DNA of 38,299 bases from a virus (taxonomy: Duplodnaviria > Caudoviricetes): positions 1 to 38,299 of IMG/VR virus record IMGVR_UViG_3300043707_000018. One strand, written 5' to 3'. Numbering within the stretch: the stretch's first letter is position 1; each line of letters starts with the position of its first letter. Below, one piece after another: positions 20,030-28,805 of the stretch. The notes beneath the pieces were generated by a model. It saw only the letters and a program-made list of their open reading frames with translations. It searched no databases and was not told the origin of the DNA. The position numbers and the translations under genes were made by a program.

Positions 20030-22483
20030 CTATATCTTCTTCATACTCTCCCAATTCTCTCCGGTTTTGATTTCGCACGGTATCGATAGGACGCCGCGTG
20101 GTAAAGAACAATTCGCGAAATCAATTGGGGATTCCATTTCCTCCTTGATTATTGGAATTGCTTTATCCAAATCTCCGACTGGAATTTGAGCCAAGAAACT
20201 ATCGTGACATTCTGCTAGGATTTGAATTGTCGGAATTCGCCGCTCTATCTGCATCGCAGCTTTCTTAGTCTGATCCGATACTGTGCTTTGTGGAATTTGG
20301 GCATATGCCTCTTTGAATAATTCGTCTCCCCATTTATTGAGAAACATTCGTTGACGACCATTTGGGCTTGTTAACGTTCGCGTTCCAGATAACGCATCCT
20401 GAATTTCTTTATGGAATACCCCTCTGATATTAGGATTCGTCTTATGGACTGCATCCAGAATTTGCGCGGCGCGCCATTCGGGCATCCGACCTTGGATGGC
20501 TGCTTCGCCTTTCCCCATTGCATAATTGCAAGCGTGACGAAATTTCTTTCCCATCTGTCGTTGTTCTTCATTAATGTGATACCTCATGTACTCATTGATC
20601 TCGTCAGCTAATGCTTTATCGCAAAACTCATCATCTGCACTCCAGAATAAATTCAATTGCTCTACGGGACTGTTCCCAAGGATTTGGGTGGCCGTGAACC
20701 TATGGATATCAATGTTGTATCGGAATGCTTTAAGAAGTCGAAGATCATTTGCAAGAATTGCAACCACTCTTGCTTCCGCTCCGCTAAGATCTGGTTCGAC
20801 GAATATGTATCCAGGATCGGGTATAAACATTCGTCTAAGATCTGATCCGACGTCCCCATGTTTTGTAACTGTTTGGAGAGCCAACCCCATTGGTCGCGTG
20901 GTAACCGGAGGCTTAAGTACACTGGTCGAAGTTCGTCCCGTTTCCAAGATAATGCGATATCCAGTAAGCAGTCGTCCTCTATAGTCAACTTCAGTGTCAA
21001 TGTAGGTTCCAATAGTTTTCCGTACCTTTCTAATCTCGAGGATTAACTCAAGAATTCTTTTCTTCTTTGGATCTTTGACTACGTTCCTTAGTAGTCCATC
21101 AATGCTCTTTTCGTCAGTCCCCTTCCTGATTGGTAACTTCATCCCGACATAGATCAACAATGGAACATCACCTCTAGATCCATTGCTGTTAACGTTGACT
21201 GGCTTTTCCATATATTCTACCGTCAACTCATTCAATTCCTTCTGTAGTTCTTCCCATTGCATTTGATACTTTTCATGCAGAAAATGCATGGCAAAATTAT
21301 CTCTGAGGATTCCCCTGTCTTCGATCCTGCTGTAGAACGGGTGTAAGGGCATCTGAATCTCAAAAAAGAACTTCGTGAGATTTCTCTCTTCAAGTTCCTG
21401 TAAGCATTTCTCGTATACTTCAAATGTAACCGCCGCATCCTTTGCGTTGTACAACAACAACCGATCAAACTTATCTTTCTTCGGGTTGTATTCTTTTCCC
21501 TCATCTTTATAGTATGGCTCCTCTGTCAGGACTGAAGTTGAAAACTGCAATGAGCCTGGTAATTCGGGATACAAGACTCTAAAGGCGAGTAAAGTATCAA
21601 AGTAAAAGCCGCGAGTGACAATGCCAAAATTGCAAGTACCATTAAGACAAGTAGCCAATTGCTTCTCATCAAACTTAAAATTCTGACCAATTTTCCTAAC
21701 ATTTGGATTCGCCATTAATGCTGATACTTGTTGCCAACAATCTACGAGATCCAGATTCGTCATTCCTGAATTCATAGGCTTGTTGAGTAATGGAATGGAC
21801 ATTGCATTCTCCTTATCGAATGCGAGTCCAATGCAAATTGGCATCGTTCTGAAGGTCTCTATATCAACGGATACTAGATCCCTATCTTTGTTGCTGTCGA
21901 GGAACCTATACAGCATTTGGGCATTCCTACAGACCATTAAGTTCCTCTGAGGCAGCCGAAGTTCAGGGAATTTTGTCTGTTCAACTGCGCGCTCTGCATC
22001 CCATTTTATATATGTGAGATCCTTCCAAGACCTCATCTTACCGTCTTGCTCACCATGTAATATACTCGCTGGGTGCAGAGTAGCGACAACCTTAAAAGGG
22101 CCAAAGTTGCACGGAAGAATCGAGCCCCTATATTTCTCGATTCCACGATGTCCAGTAAGAGCCTCAAGAGCCGTATTGCCAAATGCCAATACGCAATTTG
22201 GACTGATAGCACGAACTTCTTCATATAGTTGAGGTAGAAAATCTGCAATCGTTTTGCCATAGAGTTGTAGATCCTTAATCTTATTGTTCGGAGGTCGTAT
22301 CTTAACAACATTCGTGACATAGACTCTCTGCCTTGGCATCCCCGCGGACTCGAGAATACTGTCGACAAGCTTTCCACTTGGACCAACGAATGGGCGGCCC
22401 ATCCTTTCTTCGTCCGCTCCTGGAGCTTCCCCGACGGCGACAAGGCTCGCCGACGATGGTCCCTCTCCACCAACGTAAGTCAT
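20030..22483 (-). CDS. polA: family A DNA polymerase with N-terminal family-4 uracil-DNA glycosylase domain and 3'-5' exonuclease
   Basis: UDG: VGEAPG, RPFVGPSG, YVTNVVK, LHPA. Exonuclease: VDIET, GQNFKFD, YNAKD. Polymerase: TGRTS, DLSGAEAR (motif A), RQMGKKFRHACNY (B), CHDS (C). Confidence 0.92.
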   Translation of the reverse strand: MTYVGGEGPSSASLVAVGEAPGADEERMGRPFVGPSGKLVDSILESAGMPRQRVYVTNVVKIRPPNNKIKDLQLYGKTIADFLPQLYEEVRAISPNCVLAFGNTALEALTGHRGIEKYRGSILPCNFGPFKVVATLHPASILHGEQDGKMRSWKDLTYIKWDAERAVEQTKFPELRLPQRNLMVCRNAQMLYRFLDSNKDRDLVSVDIETFRTMPICIGLAFDKENAMSIPLLNKPMNSGMTNLDLVDCWQQVSALMANPNVRKIGQNFKFDEKQLATCLNGTCNFGIVTRGFYFDTLLAFRVLYPELPGSLQFSTSVLTEEPYYKDEGKEYNPKKDKFDRLLLYNAKDAAVTFEVYEKCLQELEERNLTKFFFEIQMPLHPFYSRIEDRGILRDNFAMHFLHEKYQMQWEELQKELNELTVEYMEKPVNVNSNGSRGDVPLLIYVGMKLPIRKGTDEKSIDGLLRNVVKDPKKKRILELILEIRKVRKTIGTYIDTEVDYRGRLLTGYRIILETGRTSTSVLKPPVTTRPMGLALQTVTKHGDVGSDLRRMFIPDPGYIFVEPDLSGAEARVVAILANDLRLLKAFRYNIDIHRFTATQILGNSPVEQLNLFWSADDEFCDKALADEINEYMRYHINEEQRQMGKKFRHACNYAMGKGEAAIQGRMPEWRAAQILDAVHKTNPNIRGVFHKEIQDALSGTRTLTSPNGRQRMFLNKWGDELFKEAYAQIPQSTVSDQTKKAAMQIERRIPTIQILAECHDSFLAQIPVGDLDKAIPIIKEEMESPIDFANCSLPRGVLSIPCEIKTGENWESMKKI

Positions 22484-22675
22484 TTATGGTAATCCTTTCA
22501 GTATCTTGATGAGCCAGCCTCTTGCTGCTTTCAGTTGTCCTAATGCCGAACTAAGGCCGCTCTTAATCGTATTATCCTCCTCAACCGCCGCGGCGAATTC
22601 GATCTCAGCGATGATCTCATTCGTCCTTTCAATGTCTTTTATCAACCTATCTTTGTAGATCATGCCATTTGTCAT
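22484..22675 (-). CDS. hypothetical helical protein
   Basis: Start ATG 22675 overlaps the upstream stop (ATGA). Confidence 0.65.
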   Translation of the reverse strand: MTNGMIYKDRLIKDIERTNEIIAEIEFAAAVEEDNTIKSGLSSALGQLKAARGWLIKILKGLP

Positions 22676-22827
22676 AGCATCTTTATCCTTGCGTACCAAT
22701 TCGTCACTTTGGGATCGGCGATGTACTCCAAGATCGCCTCATCGGCTAATTGATGGGCGCGCTCCGGATCTTCAAGGTGTGTCTTGTATATTTCCTTCAA
22801 CATCTGTTTCAATTCATCTAGGGTCAT
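22672..22827 (-). CDS. 51-aa hypothetical protein (MTLDELKQMLKE...DPERAHQLADEAIL...KML), not in the ORF track
   Basis: Fills the gap between neighbours, overlapping both. Confidence 0.65.
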   Translation of the reverse strand: MTLDELKQMLKEIYKTHLEDPERAHQLADEAILEYIADPKVTNWYARIKML

Positions 22828-24016
22828 CGAGCCGCCTTTTGATCTGCTCATAGTATGGATAGTCCTTTTCGATTAGAATGTACCTTCTATCTATTTCCTT
22901 GCATGCAAGTCCTGTAACTCCTGAACCCGCAAATGGATCAACGACTTTAGCTCCTTGGTAACAAGCTCTGGTAATCAAGGTCTTCATCAACTCAACTGGT
23001 TTCTCATGTGGATGTTTCAATCTGGAAACGTGTACGTTATCGTATACCAGTACTGAACTGAACTCTACCCCGGCCGTCAAGCTAGCCTTGCCTTTCGATG
23101 CTAATAGGATAGGCTCATAATCTCGAGCCGTCTGCCAGCTTAATCTACCGTGAGTTAGGTTCTTTGGCTTGTGCCAGATTATAGGGTACTCCTGGACTTG
23201 GAATCCGATGTTCGTTAACTCCTTGACATAGAACGTAAAGTCAGGAGTGCTAGTAATTACATACATTATCGATGGGTTTTTTAATACACGGAACAACTCT
23301 TTGAAGATTGGCAACAGAGGCTCTTGGGGCACTTGTTGATCTCGCCATGAAGACCACGGAGGATCTGTTAGGCAAAGATCAAAAGACTCGGCAGGGAAAT
23401 GCTTTAGGATCTCTGCTGAATCTCCGTTGAGGACTTGATCCATCTCTATACTTGCAGGCCGTAATGCTTCAAGCTCTGAATACATACGGTTTTCAGCTAG
23501 CCTAATGAGCCTCAACGCTGTCGTTTTATCCTGTACATTCTTCAGTTCAGGATTTATCAATAGAGCATCGGCGAGCTTCAAATCTTGGGATAGTCCCCCA
23601 TACGAGATCCCCAATTCCTTTGCTGTCATTTCCTTGGTCCAGCCTGGATTATTACTCCAGTCTCGACCCATGCGCTTCTCGCCATGCTCCTCAATTCTCA
23701 TGTCGTGAAGCTCTTTCTCCAAGACTACCTGTTCATGCCATGCTAAGTTCTCTCGCCTGAGATTCTCATGCAACGATATCTCATGTGCATTCGTTGCTGA
23801 ACTTGGAAGGATCTCATGGACCTCAATTTCCTTCTTGCCCAATTCTCGTATCGCCAAAAACCTCTGTTTACCGACAACGATCTTATACGGTGGATGGTCT
23901 CCTTGCACCATGATTGGATGCATCAAACCATGCGTTAGGATGGACTCTTTAAGCTTCTCGAATCCATCCTTTTTAGCTACGTACGGATCTGAGATCTCAT
24001 CAATTCTGACTTCCAT
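22814..24016 (-). CDS. ParB-like domain fused to a beta-class N6-adenine/N4-cytosine DNA methyltransferase
   Basis: LKESILTHGLMHPIMV, VVGKQRF, ENLRR and an HTH (ParB); TDPPW (motif IV), HPHEKP, VVDPFAGSG (motif I). Start set at ATG 24016. Confidence 0.88.
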   Translation of the reverse strand: MEVRIDEISDPYVAKKDGFEKLKESILTHGLMHPIMVQGDHPPYKIVVGKQRFLAIRELGKKEIEVHEILPSSATNAHEISLHENLRRENLAWHEQVVLEKELHDMRIEEHGEKRMGRDWSNNPGWTKEMTAKELGISYGGLSQDLKLADALLINPELKNVQDKTTALRLIRLAENRMYSELEALRPASIEMDQVLNGDSAEILKHFPAESFDLCLTDPPWSSWRDQQVPQEPLLPIFKELFRVLKNPSIMYVITSTPDFTFYVKELTNIGFQVQEYPIIWHKPKNLTHGRLSWQTARDYEPILLASKGKASLTAGVEFSSVLVYDNVHVSRLKHPHEKPVELMKTLITRACYQGAKVVDPFAGSGVTGLACKEIDRRYILIEKDYPYYEQIKRRLDDPR

Positions 24017-24023
24017 TAAAGTT

Positions 24024-24186
24024 TGTGCGCGTCGGTGGTTCCTTCTCCAGCCACCTGGAAGAATCGCCCCATTCCCCGGACTTCCCAAAGACGATAAGGG
24101 AACCCATTTAAGGGAGGAAACGAAACGAACGAGGATTTAATTGGTGTTGACAAGACACCACATCCGATATTTCATTCGCGCGCACA
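24024..24186 (-). ncRNA. multi-stem structured RNA leader (candidate)
   Basis: Closing stem UGUGCGCG/CGCGCACA encloses three hairpins; several G.U pairs work only on the - strand. Confidence 0.55.
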
Positions 24187-24195
24187 TCCTCCTTT

Positions 24196-24588
24196 CTAGG
24201 CGGTTACCGCCTGTCTAGATGCAGGTCTCCAATCGGAGACCGTGTTCCACTGCCGTTGCAAGTCGTACTGGCAATACGCGTCGACCTGCTTACCTACCAA
24301 CTTGTCCAGATCGTAGTCCTGCGCCAGGTCGATCTGATGATCCTTCGTGAAGCACTCTACGAACTTCGAGAACAACCGCATCCCGATGTCCTTCTGGCTG
24401 AACCAGTTCTTGATTACCACTCCCTCGTCAGGACCACCAGTGACGACTACGGTAACAACGAAGTTGACTGAGGTGGGATCGTTCTTCCCAGACTCCTCAG
24501 TAATCGATTGCACCGTGACGCCTCTCCACCCGGCCGCCAATTGCTTGCGACCAAGCAAATGCTCTTTGGTAAATTTAACTCTTGGCAT
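24196..24588 (-). CDS. probable single-stranded DNA-binding protein (DUF669-like)
   Basis: 130 aa from ATG 24588 (AAGGAG); OB-like pattern LAAGWRGVTV...DKLVGKQV...WNTVSDW; follows the Sak4-like ATPase. Confidence 0.6.
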   Translation of the reverse strand: MPRVKFTKEHLLGRKQLAAGWRGVTVQSITEESGKNDPTSVNFVVTVVVTGGPDEGVVIKNWFSQKDIGMRLFSKFVECFTKDHQIDLAQDYDLDKLVGKQVDAYCQYDLQRQWNTVSDWRPASRQAVTA

Positions 24589-24685
24589 TAACTTCTCCTT
24601 TAAGTAAGTTAAGTTAGTTTGTTTATCTTTGTCCGCAGACCGCTGCGTCCGTAAAATCCGTGCGATTGCCCAACTGCCGACGAAA

Positions 24686-25489
24686 CTAGAACCCCGATTC
24701 ATTTGCAATCGCCATTGCCTCCATTGCTTCATACGAGAACAGTTTATCGTAGAACGAGCAGTCCGTGAAGTCTATTCTTGGAGGAAAACGAAACGAGCTT
24801 TTAGCAATGATGTCCGCGACGGGAGTTGTATAGCACATTCTCCTAACCGGATCATCGATGTGTTGACCTGGCTCCCATCCAAACAAAAGAACGTTGTCTA
24901 CCTCTGTTGGTAGTATTGCCGCTGGCTTTCGTCCTTCTGCTAGTATCGGCCGTCCAGTGACCTTTTCTTTCGGCTCCTTTCCACTATAGTTGATGGGCTC
25001 ATACTGGATATTGTGTGCCGTGATGATGACATGAGCCTTGTATCTAATGTGGATTGTTTTCATGTCATCAATGAAGTGTCCAATGTAGTGGTTCTCACCA
25101 AAGTAGTAGTCAATCCCTACCTTCTCTCCTGCCTTTGTCGAGAACTTCTTTAGGATCTTTGCACCTTCCTCAGACTTAATGGTGGACATTGTGTTGAAGC
25201 AGAGCTTGCCGAGGCCCGTAAAGGAATCGACAATGATCGTTTTATACGGACAGTCGACCTTAAGCCGTTGAACCACCTCATCAAGCTCAAAGACATTCTC
25301 GAAAGTATCGTACTTAATATCTTTCTCCGGAAAGTGTTTCCGTGCGATCGACGGCATTTTCCTGTCAAGATCAAGGAGATAAGGCTCTGGAAAAGAAAGA
25401 GCCGCAACGCTCTTCCCAACTCCTGAGTCACCCCTGAAGACCGCGAGTAGCGCATGATTGTCGTCCTCTTCTAACGTGCTTTTAGGCAT
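24686..25489 (-). CDS. AAA_24 / Sak4-like recombination ATPase
   Basis: GDSGVGKS Walker A, LLDLD, IIVDS Walker B, VIITAH. Confidence 0.8.
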   Translation of the reverse strand: MPKSTLEEDDNHALLAVFRGDSGVGKSVAALSFPEPYLLDLDRKMPSIARKHFPEKDIKYDTFENVFELDEVVQRLKVDCPYKTIIVDSFTGLGKLCFNTMSTIKSEEGAKILKKFSTKAGEKVGIDYYFGENHYIGHFIDDMKTIHIRYKAHVIITAHNIQYEPINYSGKEPKEKVTGRPILAEGRKPAAILPTEVDNVLLFGWEPGQHIDDPVRRMCYTTPVADIIAKSSFRFPPRIDFTDCSFYDKLFSYEAMEAMAIANESGF

Positions 25490-25689
25490 TCGTGTCTTAC
25501 TCCTGTTCTCTCATACATCCAATACTTTGGTGCGCGCAAACAAATCCAGCAGAGGTGTCCCTGCCAAAAGACAGTGTTGCACGTATCACAAACGAACTTG
25601 GTAGACTCTGATGTGGTGGGGTTTCCACAGATGTAACACTCATACTCCTTGAGGATTCTATCAATTGCTTTCTCGAGAGTTTCAACCAT
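25471..25689 (-). CDS. small Cys-rich zinc-finger protein
   Basis: CYIC, CDTC, CWIC, HEC; GGAGG RBS. Confidence 0.7.
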   Translation of the reverse strand: MVETLEKAIDRILKEYECYICGNPTTSESTKFVCDTCNTVFWQGHLCWICLRAPKYWMYERTGVRHECLKAR

Positions 25690-25852
25690 TGTTCCTCCTC
25701 CACATTCTCAATCTTGCAAGCAGGTACAGCACGACTAAAACCGCCGCGCCAAACCATACCGCCTGTGCATAAAACCAATATCTCCATGTGAGATACCCTA
25801 TTATGTACACCCACATAGCTACGTACAACGATGCGAAAAACTTATCGGTCAT
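25682..25852 (-). CDS. 56-aa two-transmembrane protein, not in the ORF track
   Basis: MTDKFFASLYVAMWVYIIGYLTWRYWFYAQAVWFGAAVLVVLYLLARLRMWRRNNG; GAGGAGG RBS, ATGA coupling. Confidence 0.75.
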   Translation of the reverse strand: MTDKFFASLYVAMWVYIIGYLTWRYWFYAQAVWFGAAVLVVLYLLARLRMWRRNNG

Positions 25853-26133
25853 GCTATTTCCTCCTCTCTTGGATACTGCTTCATTGCTTTCCTCCTTTCA
25901 CTTCTTAACTTCTTACAACTATCACAGAAAGGTCTCCATGTCTTGTCATGGTCTACCATTTCGGTCGTGAGCATCACAGCATTGCCACACCCTGCCCAAC
26001 ACAGCGATAGCCTACCTGCAGCTATCGCTGTGGGGATGTAGTGAGGGCAATCTGGTAGTCTACATCTGTATATCTCATAGTTCTTGCCAAGCTTTGTCCT
26101 CTCATACTTGTGAACATGTTGTTTCTTTGCCAT
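25849..26133 (-). CDS. Cys/His-rich hypothetical protein
   Basis: HVHKY...CRLPDCPH...CWAGC...CDSC. Start ATG 26133. Confidence 0.7.
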   Translation of the reverse strand: MAKKQHVHKYERTKLGKNYEIYRCRLPDCPHYIPTAIAAGRLSLCWAGCGNAVMLTTEMVDHDKTWRPFCDSCKKLRSERRKAMKQYPREEEIA

Positions 26134-26134
26134 C

Positions 26135-26437
26135 TCATTTTTTGGTCTCCAGAACATTCAACTCTGGAAACAATGTCCTCGCTATTCGATACGCTTCCTC
26201 TATATCATCATCTGACATGTCATCCCAACTGCCGTCGTTCAGTCCTCGTCCCGTGAGAAAGTTATTGGCAATCTCAGCGAACAATTCGGACTTAGTCGCC
26301 TTGGTCGGATCGTTATTGAAATTCTCCAATACTGCGTAAGCGATCTCGTCGATGCCGACCGCATGAGTGACATTCATGTCGTACATCATGTGCCCATTCC
26401 GCCTCATCGTGGGCTTATTGGATCTGTAAAAGCTCAT
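26135..26437 (-). CDS. hypothetical protein
   Basis: GGAGG RBS, ATGA coupling. Confidence 0.7.
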   Translation of the reverse strand: MSFYRSNKPTMRRNGHMMYDMNVTHAVGIDEIAYAVLENFNNDPTKATKSELFAEIANNFLTGRGLNDGSWDDMSDDDIEEAYRIARTLFPELNVLETKK

Positions 26438-26721
26438 TCTACCTCCATCATATATGTTCCATCATGTCTCTCCTCTGCTAATAGCTGTAGTCGAACTCTA
26501 ACTGTATCCGCTAGCCATCTCGAGAGTGACACTTTATCGTCTGCCAAATGATCCCTGAATTTCTCGAGTAGGGGCCATGCTTCGTCACTTACGGATAACA
26601 TGACCCTCCCGTATATCTTTGTTGGGTAGTGTTTGGAGTCCTCTCCATTCATCCTCACGCTGAGTGATTTCTCTCTCACACGTACTTTCCCATCTATCCT
26701 GTCCTTGATCCTCTGTTTCAT
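26434..26721 (-). CDS. possible ribbon-helix-helix DNA-binding protein
   Basis: RVMLSVSDEAWPLLEKF...SLSRWLADTVR fits a strand-helix-helix pattern. Start ATG 26721. Confidence 0.45.
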   Translation of the reverse strand: MKQRIKDRIDGKVRVREKSLSVRMNGEDSKHYPTKIYGRVMLSVSDEAWPLLEKFRDHLADDKVSLSRWLADTVRVRLQLLAEERHDGTYMMEVE

Positions 26722-27605
26722 CCGCCGCTCCTTTGCAGCAGACTCTTTGCCACATCCCATTTTTCTACAGTCGTGAAATCGCGCGCCAGCTTGTATTCCC
26801 TATTCCCTGGGTCGGACTCACAAATTCGACGGAAGATGCAACCTGAATATTTGTCACAGCTTGTGAGATTCATTGGATAGTTATCCTCCTCGATACAGTC
26901 GGCATATCTTTTGATCCACCAAATCGTGTTCTTCTTCCATTCCTCGATTCTCTCTTGGTCAATGCTGAAGATGAATCGTTGGAATCTTTCCGCCGGACTC
27001 AGAGTCTTCTGGAACCCGATTTTGTTCATGACTATATGGTTGCAGTTCAACGCATAACAATAGCCGATGAACTGGTTCGACAAGCTGAGAGGATCTTTTC
27101 TCTGTTTGCCAGTCTTATGATCGAATGGTGCAACGATCTCTCCCTTCTCAGCAACCATATCGACCTTATAGTTGTACCAGATCTCCAGATCAGAATCCGC
27201 GTACAACATTTTCGTCCCGACCTTCTCAACAGCCAATGGATGCCACGCGTCGAACTTGTAGAACTCCGCGTAAGCTTTGAACTGAGTAATGACCTCCTCA
27301 GCGACAGATACTGGAATGTCTAACTTCGTGCTGAAATACATTCCGATCTCAACAGCACGGTTGGCCGCATCCCCCAAAGGATAAATACCAGCCTTCTCTT
27401 TCAGTTCCTCCCAGAATGGAGTGTCGTACTTCTGAGGTCCGATCATCCCGTAATAGCCTTCAAGCATCTTGTGCATGAGGTCCCCCTTTTCGAGGGACTC
27501 CTCACGCTCATGCGGCTGCAAGTTATAGATGAAACTATACTGAGCCTTCCTGAAACAGTTCTGAATGACGTTCAAAATTGAAGCGTCAAATGTAATTGCT
27601 CTCAT
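26718..27605 (-). CDS. PD-(D/E)XK exonuclease, Cas4/AddB-like with four Fe-S cysteines
   Basis: N-terminal CFRK, GDLMHKMLE, KVDMV, FDHKT, QFIGY, C-terminal C-x5-C-x5-C. Confidence 0.82.
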   Translation of the reverse strand: MRAITFDASILNVIQNCFRKAQYSFIYNLQPHEREESLEKGDLMHKMLEGYYGMIGPQKYDTPFWEELKEKAGIYPLGDAANRAVEIGMYFSTKLDIPVSVAEEVITQFKAYAEFYKFDAWHPLAVEKVGTKMLYADSDLEIWYNYKVDMVAEKGEIVAPFDHKTGKQRKDPLSLSNQFIGYCYALNCNHIVMNKIGFQKTLSPAERFQRFIFSIDQERIEEWKKNTIWWIKRYADCIEEDNYPMNLTSCDKYSGCIFRRICESDPGNREYKLARDFTTVEKWDVAKSLLQRSGG

Positions 27606-27793
27606 TGTGTCCTCTCTTTAGGAGGAGAGGTTTCCCCCTCCTCTCTCAGTTCTTTTATTATCTTTTCAGTTACTTCGTCGGCAATGCCGTCTAGGACCTT
27701 CTTGATGACGTCCTTTATCAACGACGCCTTGAACTCCTCGCTAACGCCGGGGTCCCTCAGGATTCTAGAAATAATCAACTCTGTTGCGTTCAT
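27602..27793 (-). CDS. hypothetical protein
   Basis: AAGGAG RBS, ATG 27793. Confidence 0.65.
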   Translation of the reverse strand: MNATELIISRILRDPGVSEEFKASLIKDVIKKVLDGIADEVTEKIIKELREEGETSPPKERTQ

Positions 27794-27992
27794 CGTTCTC
27801 CTTTGCAAACATCTTCTTCCAGCACAGGCCGCAGATTCCTGTAATCAACATCTCTCTGTCCTCTGCGGGAACATTCGATAGGGCAACTTGTATTAATTGC
27901 CCTCGTTGCCAATTCGCGAGTTGTTGCTTGGTACAGACTATCTCAACTCGTCGGCCGCACTGAACGCAGTTTCTAACTAGAGTTTCGTTCAT
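27765..27992 (-). CDS. small zinc-ribbon protein
   Basis: CVQC...REMLITGICGLCW. Confidence 0.75.
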   Translation of the reverse strand: MNETLVRNCVQCGRRVEIVCTKQQLANWQRGQLIQVALSNVPAEDREMLITGICGLCWKKMFAKENDERNRVDYF

Positions 27993-28187
27993 TTATTCGT
28001 CCTCATCTATTGGCTCATCGGTTTCGTACCTAGGATCTGTAAAGATCTCTGGCCGAAACCCTTTCATCTTTCTCTGTTCACAATCATCGCACACGTAGGT
28101 ACAAAAGATACCTCGTGCGTCGTACAGTGCGCGGCGTTGTTTGTTAGACCCGCATGTACAAAACTTTAATTTCACCAAGTCTCTCAT
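27993..28187 (-). CDS. small Cys-rich protein
   Basis: CTCGS...DARGIFCTYVCDDC; tight coupling to neighbours. Confidence 0.75.
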   Translation of the reverse strand: MRDLVKLKFCTCGSNKQRRALYDARGIFCTYVCDDCEQRKMKGFRPEIFTDPRYETDEPIDEDE

Positions 28188-28489
28188 TATTCATCATCTC
28201 CGCCGTCCGGCCCCTCTGTATCTTCCTCCTCCGGTTCATCATCATCGGGACCTTCGTCCTCGATTAATTCCTCCTCCTCAACTTCCTCTTCAACCTCGTC
28301 CTCCTGCTGATCCATCTCCTCTTCAGCGTTCTCTGCCGCTTCGTCTAACTCATGAGAATGGGTTTCGTAACAATCAACGTGAGCGTACGTTCCATCCTCA
28401 TCGTAGACCTCAGTTCCTTCGTCAATTGGTTGTGAGCAATAAAAGCATTCTGTATCGCTCACTAATGCGGTCGTCTTAGTTGCTGACAT
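28187..28489 (-). CDS. zinc-finger protein with extremely acidic tail
   Basis: CFYC...HVDC followed by a D/E-dominated C-terminal half; AAAGGAG RBS, ATG 28489. Confidence 0.75.
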   Translation of the reverse strand: MSATKTTALVSDTECFYCSQPIDEGTEVYDEDGTYAHVDCYETHSHELDEAAENAEEEMDQQEDEVEEEVEEEELIEDEGPDDDEPEEEDTEGPDGGDDE

Positions 28490-28805
28490 TTGCCTTTCTC
28501 CTTTTATCGTCAATTCTTCCATCCAAGATCATTTGGAATGCTGCTACCAAGACCGAACGGGACTGGATGTGTGAGTAAATATCCCGTGTGATCTTGTAAA
28601 CTTCATCTTCGATCTGCTCATCTGTCATCGCCTCTGCCTGTAAACGTACAGCTTCGATGAGTTTATGTCTTGCCTCTGCCGAATTTTCCCGCGCAACTTT
28701 CGATCTCTCCTTCGCGAGTTCAACGCGTGCTCGCACTCGCGCGGCGGAGTCTTTAGCTAACTCCACCGCGCCGCTCTTCTCTCGAAGTAACTTGTCTTCT
28801 TTCAT
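28476..28805 (-). CDS. hypothetical coiled-coil protein
   Basis: ATG 28805 overlaps the helicase stop. Confidence 0.65.
   Translation of the reverse strand: MKEDKLLREKSGAVELAKDSAARVRARVELAKERSKVARENSAEARHKLIEAVRLQAEAMTDEQIEDEVYKITRDIYSHIQSRSVLVAAFQMILDGRIDDKRRKANVSN

Noticed and set aside
24017-24088. N-terminal extension of the MTase from TTG 24088, and similar extensions at 4374, 8514, 12575, 24732 and 31965
   Set aside because: The extensions run through RNA structures or upstream genes; downstream ATGs give better domain boundaries, RBS or coupling.
24589-24685. GGGCAA...GGACGCA on the - strand resembling a c-di-GMP-I riboswitch
   Set aside because: The GNRA-capped P2 hairpin and the P3 arm are missing; only a weak hairpin can be drawn.
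26718-27605. Cas4-like nuclease as a sign of a CRISPR system
   Set aside because: No repeat-spacer array or other cas genes; it sits with Sak4-like and SSB genes as an ordinary phage recombination exonuclease.
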